Below, piece after piece: positions 1-9,181 of a DNA stretch of 55,080 bases. Origin of the DNA: Gammaproteobacteria bacterium (GTDB lineage Bacteria > Pseudomonadota > Gammaproteobacteria > SZUA-152); NCBI GenBank assembly GCA_022627515.1, contig JAKEGK010000178.1, positions 1 to 55,080 on the forward strand, in the 5' to 3' direction. The notes below the pieces were generated by a model, which ran no database searches, was not told the origin of the DNA, and saw only the letters and a program-made list of their open reading frames with translations. Made by a program: the position numbers and the translations under genes. Each line of letters starts with the position of its first letter. Positions within the stretch are counted from its first letter, which is position 1.

Positions 1-138
1 ATGACGGGCTGCATTTTTCGGGGATGAGAGAACGATACATCGCCTTACCATTGCTTTAGCAATGAATAGATAAGTAAAAAGTAGTTTTACGACACCCTCT
101 GAAAAGGAGGGGGGATTTTATACTTAATCAGAGCGTCC

Positions 139-3100
139 CTAGTTATATTTCTCACCCCGCTTGATCCATTGTTCGATGTCTTTTTCGCTGCGGTCCTTGG
201 GTAAACCCGGATGAATAATCTGCGCGGTGCAGCGTTCGGCAGCCTTAACCAGATCCTGGTAGCTGCCGGCGTTGGGGTCCTTGATATACGCGTGTTTGTT
301 GTCGTCATAGGCGAACATATTCGGATTGATCTTGATGCATTCGCCGCAGGCGGTGCATTCTTCCGAATCAATCCACGGCGCCATGTATTCGCCGGTAGCT
401 TTGGCGGCCGCCGGTTGCATTGCGGCGGGTGCTTCGGCGGCTTGTGGTTTTGTTTCCACGGCGCCTGTTCCACCGCTGATCCATTGCATCAATCCCTGTC
501 TGACTTTGGTCATGATTTCTTGGCGGATCTTTTCTTCGATATCCGGCACGGAAACCTTGCGGTCCTGAATTCCGGCGATGGCTTTCAGCATGATCCAGAA
601 ATGGCGGCGGTCTTCGCAGGCCATCACCATGCTGTCATCCACCAAAAGGCGGCTTAAGTTCTGCTTGCGGTCAATGGTCCAGATAAACGGATATTTTCCT
701 TGCCGTTCCGCCTTCGGTAGCTCCAGGTATTCCGATAGCAGGATCATGTTCTCATGCCAGCTGTCCGGCGCCGCAGTGCGAAAGTGTTTGCGGAACCGGG
801 TTTCAGTCATGGCGAAGTCGGCGAAGGTCATGGGCAGTTCCATGACTTTTTCCTTGCCGTGTTCGAGATAGCGCAACTTGTACATCGGCCAGAGTTCATG
901 AATCGCGGGATTCCCGGTGAGGTCAAAACAGTCTTCCGGCTTCGCGCCTTTATCGGGATGGTAGTGAAACAGCGGATAGGCGCGTGATTCCACCGCCAGT
1001 TTCGCCTGATGATGGCTCATATCATCGCCGATGCCGTGTTCGGGCTGGCACGACGAGTAACAATTGAATACCGCGGGACGCTTGGCTAACAGGCCTTCGA
1101 TAAAACCTTCGATCATATGATTGGCGTGGGCGATAGTGCTTTGCAAAACATAAGCAGTGCGGTGCGCCATGGCGATGAGGCCAATTTCCTTGCGCACTTC
1201 CTGCTTGCCGCCGCTGACTTTGCCAAACGGCGCCATATCGGAAATTTGCCCGGCAAAGCTGGCGGTGCTGGCCTGGCCGCCGGTGTTGGAATACACCTGT
1301 GTGTCCAGCACCAGCGCCTTGATGGGTTTGCCCGACATCAGCATGCGCGACAGATTTTGAAAACCGATGTCATACATGGCGCCGTCACCGCCCACGGCAA
1401 CCACCGGCGGACACAAGGCAAATTCCTCGTTACTGAATTGCTGCCAGGTGAAGTATCTAAAAAAGTTTTCGTGCTCCGCGGGATTATAGTTGCCGCCCAG
1501 TTCCAGTTCCGCTTCGCGCACCGCTTTAAAACCTTGCGCCATTTTCGTCATGTGGCCTTCGAACACGCCCATCGCCATCGAAGGGCTGTCCTGAAACAAG
1601 TGATTAGCCCAGGGAAACGGATACGGATTAAACGGATAGGTGCTGCCCCACACCGATGAGCAACCGGTTGAATTGATGATGCCCATGGCGGTGCGGCCTT
1701 TGCCGGTGATGCCATCGGTGTATTTCCATTTTAAATCCTTGAGCCGCGATATAAGTCCCACCACGTGTTTCAGCCACTGTGGATCGATGGGCTGTATGTC
1801 GTGCAATGCCTCAAGCTGTCTGGCAAGGCGCGCCAGCGTGAATTTATCATTGCCGATCTGTGCGATAGCTTGATTAAGGGAGCTGGTGTCGTCGATGTTG
1901 ATTTCCCGCACCAGTTTCTGCTCGATGTGCTGCTCCAGGCGCAGTAACAGGTCCGTTAGCTTTTCAATATGTTTGGCCACCCGCGGCTGCATCAGCGCTT
2001 CCACCGTGGCGGTGAATAAATGAATTATGGTTTTTTCCGCGCACCCCATGCAGGCGCCGTCGCCACTGGTGAACGCGCTGTAAACATGCTTGTCGAGCAG
2101 GATGGTTTGCAAGGCGCCGATGCGCTGTTCCAGGTTGTCGACACGGATATACTGTTTGGGCGTGGTGGGCAAGTCGAGCCAGAAGTTCCAGTTGTTGCGC
2201 AGTTGTTGAATGCTGTCAGGAGTCTGGGTTTGCACGCGCAAGGCATCGTCATTGCACACTTCAATGCATTGCTGGCAGCCTTTGCAGGTGTAAGGATTGA
2301 TGGTGATGCTGAACAGTCCGCCACTGCCCGGTGATTTCTTTTCCTTAACCGTGTAGTGCGGCCGTGCCAGGGCAAATTGATAGCCGCCTAATGCTTCCCT
2401 GAACCAGGCAAATTCGGTTTGCAGCGCTTCTTTGAGTTCGGTTTTACTTTCGCTGATCAAGGTTTCGATGGCGCTGTCGAGCAGAGCGTTGACGGACGCC
2501 TTTTCATCCGCGGCGTTTAACAGCGAGCGCCAGTGTTTCTCTACCAGCCGTACGGCCTTGGGCAACTGTTTCACCTCGTGGCCATTGCGTTTGACCCGCG
2601 CGACAATGGTATCCAGCACCTGGGATATCTCGTTAACCAGTCCGGGTATGGCGGTATCCGGGCACACGGTATAACACTCGCCGCAGGCGGTGCAGTTTTC
2701 CGGTATCCATTGCGGGTGCGTGAAGCGTATCGAGGTCATGTCGCGGAACACGGCGGAAGCCGCCGGCATCAGGCTCATGCTGATGAAAGGGTCGGCAAGA
2801 TTGTCATTGCCCTTGCCACGCAGATAAAAGTTGCCGGTCTGTTCCCAGAGGCGGTGAATATCGGACGCGGGCGCCTGGCTTTGCGGCAAGTGTTTGAGCA
2901 TGATGGGCAAGGCCGGTTCTGTGGTGACGGCCACACCCAGCGCGTGCGCATCGCCGGGCGGCAGTTCGGGCAGAATACGTGTTTCGTCGAATCCGCGCTT
3001 GACGACGCGCAGGTTATCTTCCACCACGCGCGCGCCTTTGGCGCCAAACTTATGTTGCAGCTGGGTCTTGATGGCGGTGAGCAGGGTTTCTTCGGTGAGC

Positions 3101-5097
3101 GCCATTTTTTCCATCACCGATGAGGCGGCAAAGAACGCGCCCTGGAAGGCGGTGCCCTGCATGCGCAATTGCAGGTCCGGGTCGGTGGCTTCCTCGCGGG
3201 CGATTTTAAAAGCGTCGATTGAGGCAACTTTGATATGTTTATCGCGGATGATTTTCTGATAATTGGCCGGAATGCTGTCCCATAACGCCTGCGCGGTCGC
3301 GTGCTCGCTTTGAATAATGAATACGCCATTGTCTTTTAAACCGGCCAGCGCGTTAGTGTGATTGAACACGTTGGGATCGGGTGAAATCACCGCGTCGACA
3401 TAATAGTATTCGCAGTTCATGCGGATTGGCTCTGGCGCCGCGGACAAATAATAGGTGGTGGGCTGGCCTTTCTTTTCGGAGCCGTATTTGGGATTGGCCT
3501 TGATGTGGTAACCCAGTAACTCAAACAAGGTCATCGCCAGGTTTTTGCCGGTGGTGATCGCGCCCCAGCCGCCCACCGAATGAATGCGCACGGTGATGCT
3601 GTTGTCCGGCATCAGGTTGGGATTCTCGCTGCCGTGAAGCGCCAGCTCCGCGATACCGGGATAAGCTTTATGCAGAGTCTGTTGATAGATTTCCTGCTTG
3701 GGCGTGAAAGGCGTGTCGTGCAGGAAATCAATGCCAAGATAAAACAGCTTGCGTTGCTTGCCCTCGGGCAGCATGTTTTCGATGGCCGCGATTAGTCCTT
3801 CGGCCTGCAGGTCGCGGCTGCCCATGCCAAATGATCCCGAATACAATTGCGGGATATGTTCGGGCTTTTTATAGGTGGCAAGTTCGGGCCAGGGTTTGCT
3901 GCCATTGGCGTAGCCGTTTTCAATACATTTGCTGAGCGTCGCGCGGATTTCGCGCATCAGGGGTAGGTCCGAAGCCAGCGGTTGATCGAGGCGTTCCAGC
4001 ACCGCGACGCCCTTTTTGCCTTTTAAAATTTCGCCGAGCAAATCCGCCGGGAACGGCCGGAACATGGTGAGATTCACTACGCCCACTTTCAGCTGCCGAG
4101 ATTCCCTTAAATAGTCGGACACTGCTTCGGCGCTGGAAGTAACGCTGCCCTGGCCCAGGATTACGTACTCCGCGTCATCGCAGCGGTAGGTCATCACCCG
4201 CGCATAACGCCGGCCGGTAAGTTCATAAAATTTATCAAACGCGCGGTCCGTGATTTCCCGGATATGATCGAAAAAGAACGGGCGTTGCGCGGCCACGCTT
4301 TGCATGTAACTGTCCTGGTTTTGCACGATACCCGCCATTACCGGATTGTCCACATCCCACAATTCGGGAATGCGCCGCCTGGTCTCGCCAAAAATAATTT
4401 TTTGTGCGGGTGTGGGTGTCTCGATGATGTCATCCGGTTTGCCCAGAAACGTTGCGATCAGTTCCCGCTCCGGCGCCAGCATGGATTCAATCAGGTGCGT
4501 GGTGAGAAAGCCATCCTGGGCAATGATGCCCGGATTCAATGCGTGTTCGGCAATGTAGTGCGCGATAATGTTGAGGTCCGCGACATGTTGCGCATTCTTG
4601 GCAAACAATTGAAAGAAACCGGTGTCATCCACGCAATGATAATCATCGTGCCCGGCGTGCACGTTCAGCGTGGACTTGGTCATGGCGCGCGCGCCAATAT
4701 TCAACACATAAGTCAAGCGTTTGCCCACCGCGGCGTACAGTGACTCGTGCATGTAGGCAATGCCCTGACCGGAAGAGAAATTCGCCGAGCGCAAGCCGGT
4801 CATGGCCAATCCCGCGGTGACCGCGGCGGCGGCATGCTCGCCTTCGGGCTCGATAAAAATCAGCGGCCGATTGGATATGTTAAGATGACCGCTGGCCGCC
4901 GCTTCGGCCCAATACTCGCCCATTTGCGTGGAAGGCGTGATCGGATACGCGCCGGCGGCGTCACTGGATTCGCGTTCACACATGACCGCCGCGGTGTTGC
5001 CGTCCATTGCGGCCCGCACGCCGGGAAATTGAAAACCGGTCCGGGTGCTGGTGGATTCCGGCGCCGGTTTGTCCGGTGGGTTGAATTTTTTTAGCAT
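139..5097 (-). CDS. Pyruvate:ferredoxin (flavodoxin) oxidoreductase family protein, over-length form with a fused C-terminal ferredoxin-like module
   Basis: Single 1652-aa ORF. PFOR hallmarks are all present: YPITPSTQMGEYW near the N-terminus, GGWGAITTGKN, two Cys clusters (CTACGECYTVCP and CKGCQQCIEVCN), GDGACMGC...STGCSSVWG, and the TPP motif GGDGAMYDIGFQN...DTQVYSNTGGQ. An extra C-terminal CTACGEC...ERCTAQIIHPG module follows an Ala/Pro/Gln linker. Confidence 0.9.
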   Translation of the reverse strand: MLKKFNPPDKPAPESTSTRTGFQFPGVRAAMDGNTAAVMCERESSDAAGAYPITPSTQMGEYWAEAAASGHLNISNRPLIFIEPEGEHAAAAVTAGLAMTGLRSANFSSGQGIAYMHESLYAAVGKRLTYVLNIGARAMTKSTLNVHAGHDDYHCVDDTGFFQLFAKNAQHVADLNIIAHYIAEHALNPGIIAQDGFLTTHLIESMLAPERELIATFLGKPDDIIETPTPAQKIIFGETRRRIPELWDVDNPVMAGIVQNQDSYMQSVAAQRPFFFDHIREITDRAFDKFYELTGRRYARVMTYRCDDAEYVILGQGSVTSSAEAVSDYLRESRQLKVGVVNLTMFRPFPADLLGEILKGKKGVAVLERLDQPLASDLPLMREIRATLSKCIENGYANGSKPWPELATYKKPEHIPQLYSGSFGMGSRDLQAEGLIAAIENMLPEGKQRKLFYLGIDFLHDTPFTPKQEIYQQTLHKAYPGIAELALHGSENPNLMPDNSITVRIHSVGGWGAITTGKNLAMTLFELLGYHIKANPKYGSEKKGQPTTYYLSAAPEPIRMNCEYYYVDAVISPDPNVFNHTNALAGLKDNGVFIIQSEHATAQALWDSIPANYQKIIRDKHIKVASIDAFKIAREEATDPDLQLRMQGTAFQGAFFAASSVMEKMALTEETLLTAIKTQLQHKFGAKGARVVEDNLRVVKRGFDETRILPELPPGDAHALGVAVTTEPALPIMLKHLPQSQAPASDIHRLWEQTGNFYLRGKGNDNLADPFISMSLMPAASAVFRDMTSIRFTHPQWIPENCTACGECYTVCPDTAIPGLVNEISQVLDTIVARVKRNGHEVKQLPKAVRLVEKHWRSLLNAADEKASVNALLDSAIETLISESKTELKEALQTEFAWFREALGGYQFALARPHYTVKEKKSPGSGGLFSITINPYTCKGCQQCIEVCNDDALRVQTQTPDSIQQLRNNWNFWLDLPTTPKQYIRVDNLEQRIGALQTILLDKHVYSAFTSGDGACMGCAEKTIIHLFTATVEALMQPRVAKHIEKLTDLLLRLEQHIEQKLVREINIDDTSSLNQAIAQIGNDKFTLARLARQLEALHDIQPIDPQWLKHVVGLISRLKDLKWKYTDGITGKGRTAMGIINSTGCSSVWGSTYPFNPYPFPWANHLFQDSPSMAMGVFEGHMTKMAQGFKAVREAELELGGNYNPAEHENFFRYFTWQQFSNEEFALCPPVVAVGGDGAMYDIGFQNLSRMLMSGKPIKALVLDTQVYSNTGGQASTASFAGQISDMAPFGKVSGGKQEVRKEIGLIAMAHRTAYVLQSTIAHANHMIEGFIEGLLAKRPAVFNCYSSCQPEHGIGDDMSHHQAKLAVESRAYPLFHYHPDKGAKPEDCFDLTGNPAIHELWPMYKLRYLEHGKEKVMELPMTFADFAMTETRFRKHFRTAAPDSWHENMILLSEYLELPKAERQGKYPFIWTIDRKQNLSRLLVDDSMVMACEDRRHFWIMLKAIAGIQDRKVSVPDIEEKIRQEIMTKVRQGLMQWISGGTGAVETKPQAAEAPAAMQPAAAKATGEYMAPWIDSEECTACGECIKINPNMFAYDDNKHAYIKDPNAGSYQDLVKAAERCTAQIIHPGLPKDRSEKDIEQWIKRGEKYN

Positions 5098-5205
5098 GAC
5101 TGCGTTTCGCTAATAAATAACAGAATGTCGTTGATTGCTTTTAGAACCTATCTCAAAATTATAATTTACCCAATGCACCCGCGGTAAACACGTTATCGAC
5201 TTCGT

Positions 5206-5291
5206 GGCATGCATTTCAAAACACGCTGTAAATACTTCCTTGTAAGCTCGGCGGCGGCATCCCTGCCGCCGACGGTTTTGAAATGCATGCC
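5206..5291. repeat. Perfect 17-bp inverted repeat (GGCATGCATTTCAAAAC / GTTTTGAAATGCATGCC) enclosing an 8-bp GC-rich inner hairpin
   Basis: I paired the arms 5206-5222 and 5275-5291 base by base and got 17/17 matches. The inner stem CGGCGGCA (5252-5259) pairs with TGCCGCCG (5264-5271) around a 4-nt loop. The element lies between the RnfB-like stop and the PFOR start. No U-run follows on either strand. Confidence 0.9.
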
Positions 5292-5332
5292 CCAAAATCG
5301 CTAACTTACTCAATTTTGAGATTAACTCTATC

Positions 5333-6220
5333 TTATGTTGACTGCGGTGTTAGTTCCTGCTGCCGATAAATCTTTTTCGCTTCACGTCCTTTAACGACCG
5401 TGCCATCGGCTTCCAGCCAGATGATCGCGCCTGTCGGGCAGCGCTCAATGGGAGTACGGGTGTTATGATCCTTAGTGTAATCGATTACGGGCAGATTGTT
5501 TTTCATTTCGATCAGGCCGCGTTTGGCGTCCATGGCGCAACGGCCGCAAGCGGTGCAAGCAACCTGACAATAGCCGAGAATGCCATCACCAGATTCCAGG
5601 TTTTTGCAAGCCACCCATAAGCGGTGATCGACCGGATGCAGGCTAAACAAATCCTTGGGGCAGGCGGTAACACAATCGCCACATGCCGTACAATTGGCTT
5701 CTATAACCACGGGCAATGAATGTTTATTCATGACTATGGCGTCAAAGCCGCAGGCTTTTTCGCAATCACCATAACCCAGGCAACCCCAGTTGCAGGTTTT
5801 AGCGCCGCCGCCAACCAGGGCCGCGGCCTGACAGGTTTTAATACCACTATAGTGCGCGCGGTGACGGGCGACATTGCTGGCGCCGGCGCAGGCCAACCGC
5901 GCTACCTGTCTGACCGCTTTACCAACATCAATACGGAGAAACTGCGCGATACGTTGCCGTTCCGCGTCCGAACTCACCGTGCATTTGGCGGGGCTGGTTT
6001 CGTGACGGACCAGGGCTTCCGCAAACTGGCGGCAGCCGATATAGCCGCAGGCGCCGCAATTGGCGCCCGGCAGCATGCCTTCAACAATGTCATTGCGCGG
6101 ATCTTCGGCAACAGCGAGCTTTTTACCGGCCACGATCAACAATGTCGCCAGTGCCAGTATCAAACCGGCCATGGCGCCGATTGCGCCAAGCATGTCACTG
6201 ATTATGAGTTGCACTTCCAT
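5333..6220 (-). CDS. RnfB-like membrane-anchored polyferredoxin (Fe-S cluster protein)
   Basis: An N-terminal hydrophobic helix (AIGAMAGLILALATLLIVAG) is followed by the RnfB-type CGACGYIGC motif. Further cluster motifs follow (CNWGCLGYGDCEKAC, CTACGDCVTACP, CQVACTACGRC, ERCPTGAI). The ORF opens at GTG 6304. The ATG at 6220 (MEVQLI...) fits RnfB N-termini better, so the start is uncertain. Confidence 0.75.
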   Translation of the reverse strand: MEVQLIISDMLGAIGAMAGLILALATLLIVAGKKLAVAEDPRNDIVEGMLPGANCGACGYIGCRQFAEALVRHETSPAKCTVSSDAERQRIAQFLRIDVGKAVRQVARLACAGASNVARHRAHYSGIKTCQAAALVGGGAKTCNWGCLGYGDCEKACGFDAIVMNKHSLPVVIEANCTACGDCVTACPKDLFSLHPVDHRLWVACKNLESGDGILGYCQVACTACGRCAMDAKRGLIEMKNNLPVIDYTKDHNTRTPIERCPTGAIIWLEADGTVVKGREAKKIYRQQELTPQST

Positions 6221-6492
6221 AAAAAATAATATGAAATCGCGAGGTTGTATTTGATGAGTGTCATGTAAACCGGAACATATGACATTGGTCAAAGCAATAT
6301 TCACAAAAAACTTATATATTAAATTTTATTAATATTGGAAAGTCTATGTTTTATAATTTACGGTGTGCTCATACCTGTGGTCAGCAGCAACAGGCGGTTG
6401 TCAACCGCACACACAGCCGTCAAGTAACTTTAACAATTGGTCAGCGGAAACAGCCCCCATCCGCAGCGGGGAATGGTAGTTAACTTCATAAT

Positions 6493-6507
6493 AGATAATA
6501 ACTATCA
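6493..6507. promoter_or_regulatory. Possible Fur-family (Fur/PerR-type) 7-1-7 box
   Basis: AGATAAT-A-ACTATCA compared with TGATAAT-N-ATTATCA gives one mismatch per half-site. It sits in the AT-rich divergent region about 150 nt upstream of the rubrerythrin gene. Confidence 0.3.
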
Positions 6508-6656
6508 TATTGATTTATATAATCGATTGGATATATCGTTCGCGGCAATCCAGACTTATCGTGTTAACAAAGCTGTCAACAGGCTTTTTGTTCTGTAAAG
6601 TAAACCGCTAACCAGTTAACCAGCTATCAGTTAAATCACTAACAGGAGACAAAACA

Positions 6657-7073
6657 ATGGAATTAAAAGGCAGTAAAACCGAGAAAAACCTGAAAGACGC
6701 TTTCGCCGGTGAATCTCAGGCCAATCGCCGCTATCTATATTTCGCGTCAAAAGCGGATGTGGAAGGTTATAACGATGTGGCTACGGTTTTCCGTTCCACG
6801 GCGGAAGGTGAAACCGGCCATGCGCATGGTCATCTGGAGTACCTGGAGCAATCCGGTGATCCGGCAACCGGCCTGCCAATTGGCAGCACTCAGAACAATC
6901 TGAAAGCGGCCATCGCCGGTGAAACTCACGAATATACCGACATGTATCCCGGTATGGCCAAAACCGCACGCAATGAAGGTTTTGAGGAAATTGCGGATTG
7001 GTTTGAAACCCTGGCGAAAGCCGAGCGTTCTCACGCCAATCGTTTCCAGAAAGCTCTGGACGAAATCGTGTAA
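6657..7073 (+). CDS. Rubrerythrin-family diiron protein lacking the rubredoxin domain
   Basis: 138 aa. The N-terminus [22 protein letters not shown] is typical of the family, and ExxH diiron motifs are present (GETGH, AERSH). There is no C-terminal CxxC pair. An AGGAG Shine-Dalgarno lies 7 nt upstream of the ATG. Confidence 0.85.
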   Translation: MELKGSKTEKNLKDAFAGESQANRRYLYFASKADVEGYNDVATVFRSTAEGETGHAHGHLEYLEQSGDPATGLPIGSTQNNLKAAIAGETHEYTDMYPGMAKTARNEGFEEIADWFETLAKAERSHANRFQKALDEIV

Positions 7074-7146
7074 GGCGTCATTGACTTGCCGGGTACTGGG
7101 GCGCCAGTTCCCGGCGGTTCAACTGGAACAACAAGGATAACAGACC

Positions 7147-8541
7147 ATGTCAACGACGCTTGAACAACCAACACAGCAGTCCGTGCAGAAATCCACACCG
7201 CAACCCCGTGAAGGCAGCCTGCAAGCGCCGACACGGCATGCACTAAACTGGCGCAACGCGGAATTCTATAACGAAGAAGCGTTATTCAAGGAACTGGAAC
7301 GCGTATTCGATATTTGCCACGGTTGCCGGCGCTGTGTGAGTTTATGCAACTCCTTTCCCACGTTGTTTGATTTGGTCGACGAATCCTCGACCATGGAAGT
7401 GGATGGAGTCGCGAAACAGGATTACTGGAAAGTCGTGGATGAATGTTTTTTGTGTGACTTGTGTTTCATGACCAAGTGTCCCTACGTTCCGCCCCATGAA
7501 TGGAATCTGGATTTTCCCCATTTAATGCTGCAGGCCAAGGCGGTGAAATTCAAAAAGGGCCTGAGCAAAACCCGCGACAAAATTCTTACCAGCACCGACA
7601 AGGTCGGTGCACTGGCCGGCATTCCCATCGTGGTGAATGTCGTCAATGCGGCCAACAAGAACAAGGCTGCGCGCAAATTACTGGATAAAACATTCGGTGT
7701 GCATCCGGACGCCAAATTACCCGAGTATCATAGCAGGACACTGCGCAAACGTTTAAGCCGCATTGATAATTCCCGGATTAAATCTGAAGCGGCCGGCGCC
7801 ACCACCGGTAAAGTGGCGTTGTTTGCCACATGCTACGGTAACCGCAACGAACCTCACGTGGGTGAAGACCTGGTGGCGGTATTGCAGCACAACGGGATTC
7901 AGGTGCGTCTGGCTGAAAAAGAACAGTGCTGCGGCATGCCCAAGCTGGAGCTGGGTGACCTGGAAGCGGTTGCCAGAGCCAAGGAAGCCAATGTGCCAGT
8001 ACTGGCCAAACTGGTGGATGAAGGCTGGGACATTATCGCGCCGGTGCCATCCTGTGTGCTGATGTTCAAACAGGAACTGCCCTTGATGTTTCCCGAAGAT
8101 GAGCAACTGAAGAAAATCCGCAAGGCGATTTATGATCCCTTCGAATACCTGATGATCCGGCATGCGCACGGCAAACTGAAAACCGATTTCAAAAAACCAC
8201 TGGGCAAGGTGGTGTATCACGCCGCCTGCCATCAGCGGGTGCAGAACATCGGCAGCAAAACCAGTCAATTGCTCAAACTGGTGCCGGGCACCGAGGTCGA
8301 TATCGTGGAGCGTTGTTCAGGTCATGATGGCACCTATGCGGTGAAAAGCGAATTCCACAAAACATCCATGAAAATCTGCCGCCCCGTGGTAACTAAAGTG
8401 AAGCAGGCGAACGCGGATTATTATGGCAGTGACTGCCCGATGGCGGGGCGCCAGATTGAAAACGGTCTGGAACAGTCCGATCCGGCGGCCAAACCAACGA
8501 CGCATCCGCTAAGTATGCTCAAGATCGCTTATGGTCTTTAA
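7147..8541 (+). CDS. HdrD/GlpC-like (Fe-S)-binding oxidoreductase with CCG domains
   Basis: Two 4Fe-4S motifs (CHGCRRCVSLC and CFLCDLCFMTKCP) are followed by cysteine-rich CCG-type segments (ATCYGN...EQCCGMP and PSCVLM...ERCSGHDG). Confidence 0.8.
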   Translation: MSTTLEQPTQQSVQKSTPQPREGSLQAPTRHALNWRNAEFYNEEALFKELERVFDICHGCRRCVSLCNSFPTLFDLVDESSTMEVDGVAKQDYWKVVDECFLCDLCFMTKCPYVPPHEWNLDFPHLMLQAKAVKFKKGLSKTRDKILTSTDKVGALAGIPIVVNVVNAANKNKAARKLLDKTFGVHPDAKLPEYHSRTLRKRLSRIDNSRIKSEAAGATTGKVALFATCYGNRNEPHVGEDLVAVLQHNGIQVRLAEKEQCCGMPKLELGDLEAVARAKEANVPVLAKLVDEGWDIIAPVPSCVLMFKQELPLMFPEDEQLKKIRKAIYDPFEYLMIRHAHGKLKTDFKKPLGKVVYHAACHQRVQNIGSKTSQLLKLVPGTEVDIVERCSGHDGTYAVKSEFHKTSMKICRPVVTKVKQANADYYGSDCPMAGRQIENGLEQSDPAAKPTTHPLSMLKIAYGL

Positions 8542-8572
8542 TTGAATTCAGACAGGTGTGGAGGTTATGGAT

Positions 8573-9157
8573 ATGCAGAAGTTAACACGCAACTCACTTT
8601 ATAGCCTGGAACAATACAGTAATATCCGCGCGGATTTCCGCAAGAAGGTCATCGAACACAAAAAAGACCGCCAGGTGCAGATTGGCCCCCATGCCACACT
8701 GTACTTCGAAGATGCCCTGACGATGCAATACCAGGTGCAGGAAATGCTGCGTATCGAACGCATTTTTGAATCCGAGGGTATCGAGGACGAGTTGAACGCT
8801 TACAATCCGCTGATTCCCGATGGCAGCAACTGGAAAGCCACGTTTATGATCGAATACGGTGACCCGGAGGAACGCAAAGCCGCCTTGCAGCGCCAGGTGG
8901 GGATTGAAGACCGGGTGTGGGTTCAGGTCGAAGGCTATGACAAGGTTTTCGCCATTGCCGACGAAGATCTGGAACGCGCCACCCGGGATAAAACTTCTTC
9001 CGTGCACTTTTTGCGGTTTGAGCTGAGTTCTGCCATGAATACCGCCGCGAGGGAAGGCGCAAAAGTTGCCATGGGCATTGATCATGTCAATTATCGCTAT
9101 ACCGTCGATCGGATTGCGGAAAATGTGCGTAAATCCTTGAGTAAGGACCTGCACTGA
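8573..9157 (+). CDS. DUF3501-like protein
   Basis: About 195 aa. The sequence (YSNIRADFRKKVIEHKKDRQVQIGPHATLYFED...MLRIERIF...IPDGSNWKATFMIEY) matches my memory of the DUF3501 family. The ORF opens at GTG 8558. The ATG at 8573 lies 8 nt after a GGAGG, so I prefer it as the start. Confidence 0.65.
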   Translation: MQKLTRNSLYSLEQYSNIRADFRKKVIEHKKDRQVQIGPHATLYFEDALTMQYQVQEMLRIERIFESEGIEDELNAYNPLIPDGSNWKATFMIEYGDPEERKAALQRQVGIEDRVWVQVEGYDKVFAIADEDLERATRDKTSSVHFLRFELSSAMNTAAREGAKVAMGIDHVNYRYTVDRIAENVRKSLSKDLH

Positions 9158-9181
9158 TCCTGAAACCGGTATCTCCCCGTC

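Noticed and set aside
87-135. Possible terminator hairpin (CCCTC...GAGGG) just downstream of the PFOR stop on the minus strand.
   Set aside because: The stem is only 5 bp and the U-run is not adjacent, so the evidence is too weak to call.
211-5094. Many 60-196-aa ORFs on the plus strand and in alternative minus frames inside the PFOR gene (for example 211-657, 1117-1659, 2533-3123, 4264-4743).
   Set aside because: They lie entirely within a 1652-aa ORF with unambiguous family motifs. Their translations are low-complexity (R/G/A/H-rich), as expected for shadow frames of GC-biased coding DNA.
5110-5313. 67-aa minus-strand ORF in the RnfB-like/PFOR intergenic region.
   Set aside because: It is made up largely of the two arms of the 17-bp inverted repeat. 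It has no ribosome-binding site and no recognisable domain.
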